Below, one piece after another: positions 1-13,600 of a DNA stretch of 64,000 nt; the stretch's first letter is position 1; each line of letters opens with the position of its first letter. The notes beneath the pieces were generated by a model, which saw only the letters and a list, made by a program, of their open reading frames with translations, did not search any database and had not been told where the DNA came from. Made by a program: the position numbers and the translations under genes. The stretch is from Tubulanus polymorphus (lineage: Eukaryota; Animalia; Nemertea): positions 12,122,451 to 12,186,450 of the forward strand of contig NC_134035.1 of assembly GCF_964204645.1 (NCBI RefSeq), given 5' to 3'.

Positions 1-3000
1 TTTAAACATAATATTCTGATCACTGAATATTTCAGACTCGTTTCATGAAAGGATATATCGACTAATCGCCAATCAGTACTGTATGGTGGTTTAAACGGAC
101 GCTTAAGACTTGAAAATTTGTTTTCTTTTAATCTCTAAAAGTTTTAGTAAATAACCATGAATATGTAATACGAACTTAGCCTTGAAACTGAATCTGAAAA
201 CTTCTGCAGATAAAATCAATGACGTGCAAGTGAGTTATTAATATTTGAACTGAAGTTTAAATATATGGCATTAAATCTGAGTGGGAAGATCAGTGCCGCA
301 TTTGGTGATTTTTATGTGACAGTGTTCCGCCCGCGAAGACTTTAATAATACAAAGTAACACGCTATAATCTTCTGTTTCTAATAGTATAACCATCATTTA
401 GTGTCTGAAAAGACGAGAATAATTCATAGGATTTAACTGTGAATCGCACGCGAATGACTTCACAATCTGCAACCATCGTCATCATCACCGACCGCTCAGT
501 TGATTGATCAGTTATGACTTAATCCCAACCGCTAGAGTTTGACTTAAAATTCGGTCGTCGGTTTGTACGACGCGCATCAAAATGGCGGCTTAACATTAGA
601 CGTTTATGTTGCATAGTGAAATATTGATGATTATAGGTTTAAGAAATGTTTTTTGACGCCGTAAAGACCGTGACAATAATGTTCATATATACATTGATAC
701 CTAATATGCGTTATGAGTGGTTCTGTGTGAGTCGATCGCACTGCGTCATCAATATCAGCGTCTCAAAATACGTAAGAATTGAAATTGTGATTTTTTGCGT
801 ATTCATTATATTTCGCGACTCTCATCTTATTTTTGATACATTTCAATAATTATTTTGAGAGGATGTGCACTACGTCATCAATATATCGGGGCTAGACTGG
901 TTGCCGGTCATTTCAATTCAATTATCGATGAAATACTAAAATCCAAAATAAGTTTATCGATCTTTGATATAATATAATCTATGTCACATTATCTATTGTC
1001 GACAATATCAAGCAATATGTGTTATTTTTCAAAGATGGTCGACTTCCGCACGTTGTACAGAGCACTGAACCCCGACCTTCACCTATTACGCGGACAAAAA
1101 TTATAGCTATCGTATGACAATGAAGTGAAAACATTTATACAAAACCGAAGAAAACTTTGACGAGAGGCTGTGAAGTGTATGAGAGCGCTGAGCTGTCGTC
1201 ACTGTCCTCGGTATCTATCAATGCGAGTTAAGATTTTCTGAGCGCATTTTTAGACTCGTACAGATTCGTGCTCTCGGGGTAACATTACAACTCTCAAAAT
1301 CATGTTCGTTCTATTCATACGCGTTGAATGTTTATTCAAGATTTCACCGACAGTAGAGTTTACGACTAACGAGGATTTTATTGTGATTTTACATTTCCCA
1401 CAGTACCCGTACCGGCTTCGTGTGTAGTTTGAGAATTGGTTTTTTTTCTACTGCCAGATATTTCAAAAGAAGAAAGCTATTCGTCACGTATAATAGAGAA
1501 GTCGATTTTAAGGATTCTTGAAGGAATCTGTTTTTCGAAATGAAATATATAGAAAATGGTGAAGCGACTATTATGTTTAAAGCGGTCTAAATCAAACTGC
1601 TATAAGGATTCCTCTTCTAAAGTCTATACGTCTTAAGCAAGGCAGTTTCATATTATGTTTGACGTAGAATACCTCGTTCTAATCACCTTTTTTTAATGCA
1701 ATATGGATACATCGAAAAATCATAAAGACCATCCAAAGCCTGAACGATCTAGAATATACACAGTTTATATAGTTTATTTGCTCGAGAATAAATACAATTG
1801 CAAAGAACACAAAATGTACGAATTCGATGCATGTTATACAAATACTTATAATTAATATGATAACAATAATTCTAAGCGAAGGATGATTTATTCAAGAATA
1901 TGGCTAATCTTATTAAAGTTTTCTGTCTGAATTTAGTAGTAGCAGCTGTAGTGTAACGTCAGTTCGATACCGTCAATAGTAACTTGTGAGATATTCACTT
2001 CTTTGAACTTGAAGAAAAATTTATCAACAAGTGCAATTCCAGACCCGATTCCACAGAGTTAGAATTAGTTCATTTTTGATTAGTTCATTTTTCAAAATTT
2101 CCGAACTGGTTCCCGAAATTCATTTAACAGTAATTCAATAGATTCGGAGGCGCGGTCGTACGGATAAAAACCGACGGAATATTCCTGGAAACAGAGAGTA
2201 TATAAGAACATGTCGCAGACACAGAGACAGATACAGAGAGGGTGAGTGACGAAAAAAGCAATTTCATCGCGTAAATTTCATCCACCGTCTTATAGTGCGC
2301 GCTGCATTAAAATTAGATTTCAACCGATTCATTAAAACATCAAACGATCCTTGCAAGAATTCACCGGAATTTGACACGATGTCAAAATATTATTTCGCTC
2401 GTGTTTCGGTAATAATAACTTCTCGGTCGCAGTCGATTTCTTTTCTAGTTCGAGTCGTAGCGAAAATGAACTCTATACAACATTTCCCGTTTCGTCGCTT
2501 ATGCGAATAAACCGTAAATCAACGAAGAATATTTTTTGCGTCGATTCATTAAAATTCATCGAAATTGTAGCGTAAAATTACGTTTAATTACGTTTCATTT
2601 GAATGCGTAGAAATTGACTTGAAAGAAAACAACGAGCAGGAAAATATTCAGAAACTATAAAGACTCAACGAATTGTAAGGATAAATTAACATCAGACTCA
2701 ATGTGTGGAAGATGGCACAGCAATGATTATCGCTCGGTTACCAAGCACGACTGGCTTTTGACGAAGTCAGAAACCGGCTATAGATGCGTCGTAGAAGTTT
2801 TCGTTGATATTCTAAGACTTTCAGAGTCCATTCCTTTTCTATTTGTCTAGACGTCTAGAGACGTGTCTGGCTTATCAATTAGAAATAAACCAATAGATCA
2901 CGATGAATCGAGTGTAGATTCATCAGAATCAGTAAGTGAAACATCTCCCGGAAGTCGATGATAGATTTTTTATCAACTAATGAAAGTTATTTCTGACGAA

Positions 3001-4626
3001 GGTATCACATTTGACAGCTAATTAGCATACTGCGATATCTCAGCAAATAAAGAACCGATTTTGATAAATAAACTATCTACACTAACCTTATGACATCTTA
3101 CGTTTGTTCATCATTTCGACGATGAATCTGGTTTTAGTACGATTAAATTTATGATACAAAAATGAAGCGTTGTATAGCGATGAGACACGCATCGCTCAAG
3201 TTGTCTTGTTGCTAACGAACTAACGGTGTTACAATGTCTAGTTTCAAAGTGAAAAAATGGTGTAATTTTTGCTATTTCTGTATTTATATCGCATCAAGCA
3301 CGGACTATGATGAAGGAACCTCCGAATGAATGTGATAATGAGAAAACTGAATGTATGAGGTTTGTAATGAGAGTTTATTTTTCACAATCGGTTTAGTGGA
3401 ACTGGATTTCTGGTGGTTTAAAGTCACAGTGATTGAAAAGTATCGAGAAAATGTCGTTCGTGTCTTTATTGCCTGTGGTACATCAGACACTAACGTTCTT
3501 GGTGAAATCTGTGATCTGTTCTCAGTGACTGTTCAACGAACTGAAAATGCCCGAATAAAAACACTATCTCCACTACTCCGACTGCAGCTGATAAGCGGCA
3601 GATTAATAGAATAAAATAGCTGCATGTTACCAGATTACAAACCATTTACGTGTATATGACTATATCTGTATTCTACGAGCGATAAGCTCTAAATAAACCA
3701 TGAACAAAGATAAAGATCCTTCACGTTTCAATATCGAGTTGATGGCTAACCCTTACGGGACCGTCTGTCGTCTGAATAAACCGCGTCCATCGATCCCGGA
3801 CATTGGTTTTTACGACTAAGAGCCTCGTCGTTGACGTTATCACTCCCACGTTGGTCAGATGAGACGACACTCTTGGGCATGTGTAGGTTTTAGTTCTATT
3901 AAGATCGCCGGTGGGTAACGCCATTACTTGTCATCCGGTTCAGTTATGCAGTTGTTTTTTATGATCTTTATTTCGTCAAAGAGTGACATATGACTTCACA
4001 TGTAATGTACAGAATATGTACATCTGATAATGAGTTTGTGTATAATATGGACTACATTAAAGCCGTGGTAAGAGTGCGTAAAACACGTTGAACATCGGGA
4101 TACACAGTTTTTCACAGTTGGTAGAATAGCCCGCCCGTACACTCTGACGCGGAGAACAGAAATAGTTCGAGTGACGCAGAAAATCCCCAAAAGACCCCAA
4201 AAACACAATAAACCCACAGTGCAGTGTCTAATCAAGGCAGCAAGTTCGTAAAATGGATACGACAAACACGAAGTGTACCCGATTTCTACAATCAACACAA
4301 CTGAAGATTCGTGCTTCTATTTGCACTTGAACCCGCGACAAACAGTATAAGATTTCAGTAGAAATGGTCGTTACTGATCTCCGAGATAGAAAGAATAGAG
4401 AAAGAGGGAGAGAGAGAGAGAGAGACAGTTGTTGAAACACTGCGCACCAAATAGAAGCTCAATTTCAACTCAATTTCAACTCAATCGATTGCCACGACGA
4501 TGAGAGCACAGACCGCCATTTTGACCTTGACATTTACACACAATTTCCGGTCCAGAATTGGAGAAGATAACGAATTGTGGTTGTTATTTCGATTCGTAAT
4601 TAATGGTAGTTTCGTTTGATTTTCAG

Positions 4627-7600
4627 AAAGGTGTAAAATGCTGACTAAAGCAGAAGAGAATGAGTTGAGGAGTGCAGCAGAGAAACGCTGTTCACAACTC
4701 ATCACGCAACCAACACCACAAGGTAATTATCATTTAATTTATTTTATGGCATATCTTACAAAATATGGATTGAACTGGATCTAAATTCAAAATGAACCCA
4801 AACCTTTGAAATTAATGTTTAAAAAAAGGTTTTTGTACCTTAGTTTTCAGCTAAGTAACTTGGCGTCTACTACTAATATGTACCCTTGGGCCCACCCAGT
4901 TCAACAGTTCAGGCTTAGCCTAGGCCTATGACTCCAGAATAAGTATATCAGTCAATTTCCAATGTTTCAAACTCACAGCTCTCATTTGTCGAACTTGGTT
5001 CAGGTGACTGAGTGCATCTCCACGAATGATTTCATTTTCGATGTTTATGATTGGCGGTCTTAATTAGGATGGTTAGCATCAAAGCGGGGTGAAAATGAAT
5101 ATCGTTTGTTTCCTATTCAATTCTGAGAATGTGTGCGAGGCGTTAGAGGAAATCAGGAAGGTGTTTCATTCGCACTTATTACACCGCGATTATCACATAA
5201 ACCCACGCAGTACAGCAACACACCGAGTCAACTTCAAGTCATTTCTACATTATTTTAATCGTTAGAAAGTTACGTCGAGCTAAAAATCGTCTTCATTTTT
5301 CCAGGTTATTGCAAAGCGACATGGGACTCCATTATGTGCTGGCCAGCGACCCCTGGCGGCGATGTGGCTCAACAACAGTGTGCGCCGTATTTCCGTTTAT
5401 TTACGAAAGCAGGTAGATTTTTTTTCTGTCGACGAAAAACAAAAAAAAAACAAAAAAAAACAAATAGAAAAAAAAATCAGTCTTAGCTAATTATTCATCT
5501 ATTTATTTTTGTCATTTATTTTGAAGGAATCGCCACAAAACAATGTTTGGAAGATGGATCGTGGTTCGTGCACCCGAATTCTACGAGACCATGGACTAAT
5601 TATACAGAATGCATGGAATCTTTCGACATAAATACAAATCAAACCGGAGTTTCATCTTTAATCACGGTATAAATCTCTGATCTTTCCGCATTGTCTCGTT
5701 CGACTTAAATTTCTTGAACTTTATCGAATCAAAACATTATAGTTTCAAGTTTGTTTTTATTGACAATTCTTGAATTTGCAATTGATTTTCGAATTTTATC
5801 CCAATGTTCTGAGTCGTCTCTCTCGCGTAAAATTACCAGTAGTTCGAGACCCAATTTTAGGGATTGGGATCTTAAGTAATTCTTTAAAGAAATCGAATCG
5901 CGCATGGTAATTCAATCATTGATAAGTTTACAGCTTTTTTAATTGATTCTGATATGGAACACGTCACTTGGCGCTGTGGGGATAAACTTTAAGAAACCAC
6001 GGAGATATTCATGATAATTAAAGTCTCTAGTTTATTCAGTGTTTACCGACAGTCTCGTTTGACTGACGGTCACACGTTCATTCCATTAAGACCTCCGCTC
6101 CCTGACGCGTCACCCCTAAGCTCCGTCGAGCCTCGGAATCTTGTCCGGTTTGTTGACTATTGTCTCGTGTCGATATGACGTCTGCAAACATATAAATCTC
6201 TACCGCAGACACTTTCGAGCACCTGCGAGCACCTGCCACGAATAATAATCAAAACTATAAAACACGATAATAGTTATCATTATTAGTATTATTAATCATT
6301 CTTCTGCTGCTAGATCAATGTCTGACTAATGGTCCATAACCAATCCTCGTCCGTTTATAGGTAAATTTATTCAGATCTGTTGCTTTTAGGCCTAGATCTA
6401 TTCTAGCGCAGAGTTTGACATTAACCCTGTTCAACGGTTACCAGAACGCCCGCGGTTCGAATCCGTTTCACCTTAATCGGGGGGGGGGGGGGTCGGATGA
6501 GACAGTTCAGGGTGATCTTTCTTACTAAAAGTCAACTGCAGTGATGATGGTTAACGCAGATACGGTTATCACTGATAAACGATAAGCGCTGTGGTTATTT
6601 ATCGCGGGAATCAGCTTGGATATGCATATCATATATCTAAGCAACTTACTGCGGGACAGATAAAAGACATGTATCTATATCTACAAATCAACACCGTGAA
6701 ATTAGATATTCGATGTAAGCCGAGAAACCCTTCCTGGTTATATATAGCGTAAGGGGATTAATACACGCTTTACGGGGAGAAAGAAATAACTGATTTTGGC
6801 GTTTATGTATATTTTTCTCTGTTAGGATTTGCCAGACTAAATGTGCGTGGCTATTAGTTCGATCCATTTCCGAGTCCCGAGGCGATGGCTACGCGTTTTA
6901 GCGCGTTCGTGGTCAGATAATGGGTACCGTTTTGGTGGCTGTCAAAGGCGCCGTCCCTTGTTATTTTCTTAAGACCTTATCGCTAACTACTAGCGACAGT
7001 AGTTCTCTGAAAACGCGACAACTTTGTATGAACCAGGGACCACCGGTGACTAACTATCTAAGTGCCTATTTTCGGGAACACTTTCAACTTGATGAGTCGA
7101 TAAAAACTCCACAATGTCAATTTATTTGTTCCGAGTTGACTCAATTGGCGATAATTTGGGCAAAGGATTAGATTTACTGAAGAAAAAAGGTTCTAAAGAT
7201 CCCCACGATTTTAAAAGATTCACTCTGGTGCCGAAGATAAACCTAGAGTTTCATAGTTGTTTCACCCACAGCATAAATTCAATTTTTGTTATTACTTTTG
7301 TTTTGACGTTTCAGGAGGATTACTTCCACCCATCTTCAGAGATTTATCTGAACATGAGATATCGTTACATTAATAGTTACAACAAACCTTTGTGATTGTA
7401 ACTATATCTCATATTAAAATAAATCTCTGAAGATGGTATGGGTGGAAGTAATCCTCACGAAACGTCAGAAAAAAAGTAACAACAACTGTTCGTTGAATTT
7501 GTATCGTGGGTGAAACAACTATCATATATCCAGACTGAAAATAGTCTCAACTATCTACAACTATAATTTCATATTCATTGACCTCAGAACAGATTTTCCT

Positions 7601-10600
7601 GAATTTGGACCCGCGCGTGCTAGAAAAAATTCTTTAATCTTTCAATATGTTGTGAAATATCGTTGTTTTTTTTTACAGGAACACATGAAATATCTGACGA
7701 TTATGTACAGTGTTGGTTACACGGTTTCGCTAGTTTCACTGATCACAGCTGTCTTCATAATGACTGTATTCAGGTAACGACTGCTTATTCTTGTCTCCGA
7801 GAATCGATTTCAGAAATTGAACCAGACGTTTCGAGTAAATTGATTTAATTGGGTAAATTTAACTCGTTCGCTCGAGGCGTGTATTGACTGACTGGCGGCA
7901 AGCTAGCGAGGCATTGCTAACGTCTGGCGTCCTGTCAGACCGACTGGCCTTTAGGGGACACCGGCGAACTGCTAACAAGTCGGGCTGATAGGGGAAATTC
8001 GATTAGAAATCCGGTATCGTTGCTTGAATGCACACTAGCGCACCTGGTGGATCCTCGCTTGCCTCAAACCTAGGAGTCTCGATTAGAAATCCGCCATCGT
8101 TGCTTGAATGCACACTAGCGCACCTGGTGGATCCTCGCTTGCCTCAAACGGAATCCTCGACTGCCACAGTCGAACGCGGAGTGCTCATTTATTAAACGAC
8201 GAATTAAGTTTGTTATATTTTTATTCGATGGCAGTTATTCAGGAAAATGGCTAATTTCACATACGATACAAAAAGCTCTATAATTAGTAAACTGATTCCT
8301 CATTTTCTAAATGTGTCTCTAGAGGGGTTTTTATCGGGCTCGTGTTGTTTATACTCAGCGAGTGTGACAAACAACCGCTACCATTTATAATGTACTGACA
8401 TCGTGATTCAACACCGGCTCTAATCAGTAATCAGACAACGCCCCAAAAATAAACTCAACGACATATTCATAAAAAAACGCGATTGATGACTCCAGGGAAA
8501 ATTGGTCTAAAGAGCTTATTTACAAATAGATGGATCGGTAGTTTATTTTTTCCTGCCGGTGGTATACTCGTCGCTGATTAAACCAACAGGTCTAATACCC
8601 TCCACAAATAGACGCGAACTCGCATTGATTAGTTTCCGGTAGAACCGAGGGAAGAGTCTGTCTCAGTGCGCGCTTCGAAATCTCCCGGCCGCTCCGAGGA
8701 GATCTAATGTCAACAGTCCGCACTCTACACCGTAAGGTATGACTACGCCTTGCTTCGCCGAGTTGAGAATCAGAGAAATCGAAAGTGGCTGTAAAAAAAA
8801 GTTTACCGAGTTAACCGGATAGCGAGTCGAGAATCAAGGAAATAGAAACGTTTTTCAAATAATTTCAAGTAGATTTAACCGCGCAATTTGAGCGAGAACG
8901 TCAGCATTTTGTCCTTAGCAGTTTTGCCCATGTCTTAATGTCGATGTTGCCGGCTTTGAGTCGATGCGAAGTAAAATTCTATCATCTCCTGTACATGACG
9001 AAGATATCTCCCGTTTCGACCAAAAGGCGACATTTATTAACTTACCCTGTGGATCTCGAGGCCACCACGGTCTTATTGAGAGATATTTCTATATCCATTT
9101 CCCTCTCGCTGTCTACTTTCCGCCTTAGACCATGAATAGTGATATATAGATATGTATAAATAAAATGTGAAGGATGACTCGATTAGAAGAGAAAGACGAT
9201 GCCGTCAGTTGATATAATTACCTACAAATGAAGCCGGTCGCGATAGACTAATATTTCATTGCCGCAGATATTCGAGGATTAATGTATCATATGCAAGGCA
9301 TATATCATATCATAGTGTAAGGTATATTCCTTATACATCGAAAAGTCGGCAACCGTCATACAGAAACACACAGAGCCTGACGTGCAAAATGCACTACGAG
9401 TTACTAAATAACGAATAAACTTAACGAAAGTCCAAAGAATTACGGTGCAACTCGAAGAACACCACTTGATTAAACCGTGTTAGTATCCATGATTAAACTC
9501 CAAAGGCGACTAGAATTAACTTAGGACGTAAAATTGATGATTAATTGTCATTCGGACGGTTTGTTGATTGTCCTGCCCGAATCAAGGGACAGTTTTTGAT
9601 TCGCCTGTTACAGAAACCCACAATTTGATTCATCTGTTGAGACCCACAATGAAACAAAAATGAAATATAACATTGTGTTTTGAAAAATTTTCTAAAACAT
9701 TGAAAATCCTCAAAAACTCCGAATTTTCGGTTTTCAACTCAACAGCATCATCAACGAATGACGAAGAATGACCACAATTCATTGATGATGTTTTTTAGTT
9801 TAAATTGGGAGTTTTTGATAAATCGTCACTGTTTTCAATCTTGCTTTCGTGGATATGACACTGTATCTGTTGCTATAGTTATGTAATGTGTTTTGAATAA
9901 TGTTGTTTTTACAGAAGGTTGCATTGCGCTCGTAACACGATCCATATCAACATGTTTGTATCGTTCATACTGAGGGCAGCAATGTCTCTGATGAAGGACA
10001 CGTTACTCGTCGATAAACTCGGTTTTCCATCCGACGTTCGGCGCGTCGAAGACGGTCGACTCGAGTTTCTCGAAAATTCATCGGTAAATATTAAACAACG
10101 GTTACATCGTTGAATCAATTCTCTCTTCATCGATTCGTTAATAACAATAATGGTCAACACACACACACTATACACAAATGAAGACGAGACTGAAAATGTT
10201 TCCTTGTATTGGGCTTGTAGCTTATTTCGACGTTTCGACTATGTCCTGTTTATTCATCTTCAGAAATACTACATCAGTATTACCGAAGATGACTATTAGA
10301 ATCTCATACTCGGAACGTTGAAATAAACTACCAGATCAAGGAGAAATGTTCGGACTCATCTATATTCTTGTATGGTTACAAATGACTTTGGCATAGACAC
10401 AAGAAAAGGAATTCTAATAGTCTATATGATTTTGGTTACCATGAAATTATTTGACGACTAGACCTGATTGTAGATTATGCATTATGATTCCAATATGAAT
10501 CGATTCTTTATATCTATTTTGTAATTTTTCATTACGGCACTGGGAATGCAAGCTATTCTTCACTTGTTTTCATTACACATTGAACGCTAACTACGCCTGG

Positions 10601-13600
10601 GTATTCGTGGAAGGATTGTATTTGTATATGCTGATACACGTGGCAGTGTTCACCGAAAACAGTAGCGTGAAATGGTTCATTTTGGGCGGCTGGGGTAAGT
10701 ACGGCTTCCCCTGATTAAAAAACCTTATATTCTAATGTCTATTTCAACTTGAATCGAGAGCACATCGGGTGGCCTAGCTCGGTCAGTCTTAGTGGTATAT
10801 CAATGAAGATACCCTTTTTTGATATCCTCAATACTGCGATGATTAAAAAACAGCGTTTTAGGTCAACTGCCAGTGCCTTCTGGTCCTAATAAGATTTTTA
10901 TCAGGTATGTACCACCAAAACCGACTGAGCCCGGCCACCTGATATGTTCTTAAGTCAAGTTGAAATAGATATAACAAACAAATAACTACGGAATTCACCA
11001 TTGAAAGTTCGACAATTAAATAATGATTCAGTTTCGGTTTTGATGTTGACATATATTCACAGGAAGTCCGTTTATCTCGATTCTACCCTGGACGATCGTA
11101 AGAGCCACATTAGACGACACATAGTGAGTGTAACTGTTAACTAAAACGAACAAACTCGAAATGCATTTCGAAACTAATAGAACGAATAATTGACGATCCT
11201 AATTTCTAAAATTATATCTATTTTGCAATGTTTTAGTTGCTGGAATATCAACACGGTGAAAGAGTATTTCTGGATTCTGAAATTACCGATTATCCTCCTA
11301 ATCGTGGTGAGTATGATAAAAACACCTGATGAAATAAATAGCGAGAAAATAACCATACAGTTCAGGGGCGGATTCAGACCGTGTCGACCGTGTCGCCCGA
11401 CACGGTCGGAATTTCAAAGTGCCTTTTATTTTTTCTCTGTATCAAAATTTGCCGTTGTAACCACCTGAGATACACATTAGATATTTTTCCTAAATATATA
11501 ACTTCTTCTTCTTCGACTAAATGCCTCTCAGAGATGCTCAGAAAAGCTCTAAAATGATTGTAAAATTTCAAAAATTTTGCTGATATGCCTTTCCATCCTA
11601 AATTAAGAATATATGCCCTTTTTATTGGTCGACATGGTCACAACATACCCCTGGATCCGCCCCTGCAGTTAGACTCCGCTTACCTCGGGATCACAAGACA
11701 CCGAGTGATATCGTCCGAGGTATGCGAATTCTGGGTCAGTCGGAGCAACGATGGGTCCCTATCATATGTATTAAAACAGATTGTAGAGTTTTCATGCAGG
11801 AATACGATAATCCGAGCCAATCGGCTCCGTGGTAAGCGGAGTCTATCTAAAAAACGATTAGCAGTATTCTGTTTATATCTGTAGAATAAATGAAATCGGA
11901 GTTTATAGAAAAAGATAACAAACGCTAATGTTTTTTTTCACAAAACAAACTCGTGGCTTTATTTCTTTCTAGACAAATTTCGGATTTTTCATCAGCATCA
12001 TTTGGGTTTTGTTTACGAAATTAGTGGCGTCAAACGCGCAAGAGGCCAGAAAATACAGGTACAAGTAAGTATGTATTATTAAACTGTCCGAGTTATTCCC
12101 GAAACCCGGGTCTGAAATTGAAGATCGTGCAAATCATGAGAATATTCAACTCATGGCTGAGAAACTGGGTCTTCGGCTAATTCCGCGATGAAGGTCGTAA
12201 CAAAATGGCAAATTCGTGAAACAATCTATTCACGGTAAAATATCTCCCTCGGTGAGAATAAATCATAGACTCCATTGAATCAGCGCAAAGCCAGTATCTG
12301 GTATAGAACAGTTAATGCTCTTTCATCTGATATGTCTTCGAGGCTGCAGTGGGCCGAAAAGGTCGCGAACAAAACATACTTTGTTTTACACTTATTGTAT
12401 CAGAGTTTTTTCAAATTGTCAAATCCTTAAAATTCAAAATTCTACGTATTTATCGTTTTAGAACATTTAAATGTTGACTATACAGGGACCGGTTTCATAG
12501 ACTGAAGATTTCGAATCGCAAAAAATCAAATTGATTCTCACGCCAGAGAGCTTCAGTGTCAGTCTGGTTGCCAGCTATAATGCATGTGGAAATAGCGAAA
12601 CATTGTGTATATAGTGCCTATATATAGTCTTTAAGACCGGACCTGATTGTGAAGTGTAATGTATTTTCGTAGCAATTAACATTTACGCCGTGATCATTAT
12701 TATCATGTTGAAAACACGTCTTTTTTAGTTGATTTTGTGCTTTCTTATCTTTTTGCACTTCTAACAATGATATGATCAGGATTTCTGGATAAGTAGCGCA
12801 ATACATGCTTATGCATCGTCGTGTGGTTTCGATCATTTATATTTATATATAGGGACTACCGTATTTCTCAAAATGAAGCGTAACCTACTACGTTCACCCT
12901 GGTCTAAACTCTAAATTACCTCCAAATATGCTTTCAATAATGAATTGAATATATATTCTTTATAAGGGTAATTTAAGAGAGGTTGAATTGAGGAATACAC
13001 AAGTCTTGAAATTAACAGAAAACGGTACCGACTCCGATGTAGAATTCCCCCCCCCCCATTGTGCCACCGAATTATGTGATAAACTTCAGATAGCCTCGGA
13101 ATAGCGTATTTTCGATGAAACCTTTAAGTTAAAGTCTAGAAAAAAGAATGGGAAAGAGAATTCATTGATTTGAACTCTAAATCTGCTGATCTGAGATCGC
13201 GACTATCGCCCTTTCAACAGAACACATCTACAGTCAGAGTAGCTGGAACTTTTGAAGGGAATTGGGTATCATTTAGAGTATATTGTAATACTGATTTAAA
13301 TCTACGGTGAGATCTGTGATATCTCCAAAGACGGGGATCACTATGCGAGCACGGAAGGTGTGACGACCGTAAGGGGTCCCCGGTCTAGGGGTCCCTCTCT
13401 GAGAAAATTGTAAAAATCTAGACTAATTTTAGCGATTTTTCAGGGCATTTGATCCCATTATCGTATCTAAGTTGTGGCAACGTTGAAACTTTATTACGTA
13501 TTTATAAAAATGTATTGACATATTGTGGTAAGAAAAAAAGGGCACTCGGAAAAATCCAACCCCCTCTGGCCCCGCCCCTCAGTCACTGTAAAAACCTAGT

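Noticed and set aside
1-4626. Candidate signal-peptide exon for the PTHR-like gene (e.g. ORF 3351-3614, ATGs at 2210, 4030 and 4500)
   Set aside because: None combines a hydrophobic leader with a convincing phase-1 donor; the first exon is unresolved or outside the window.
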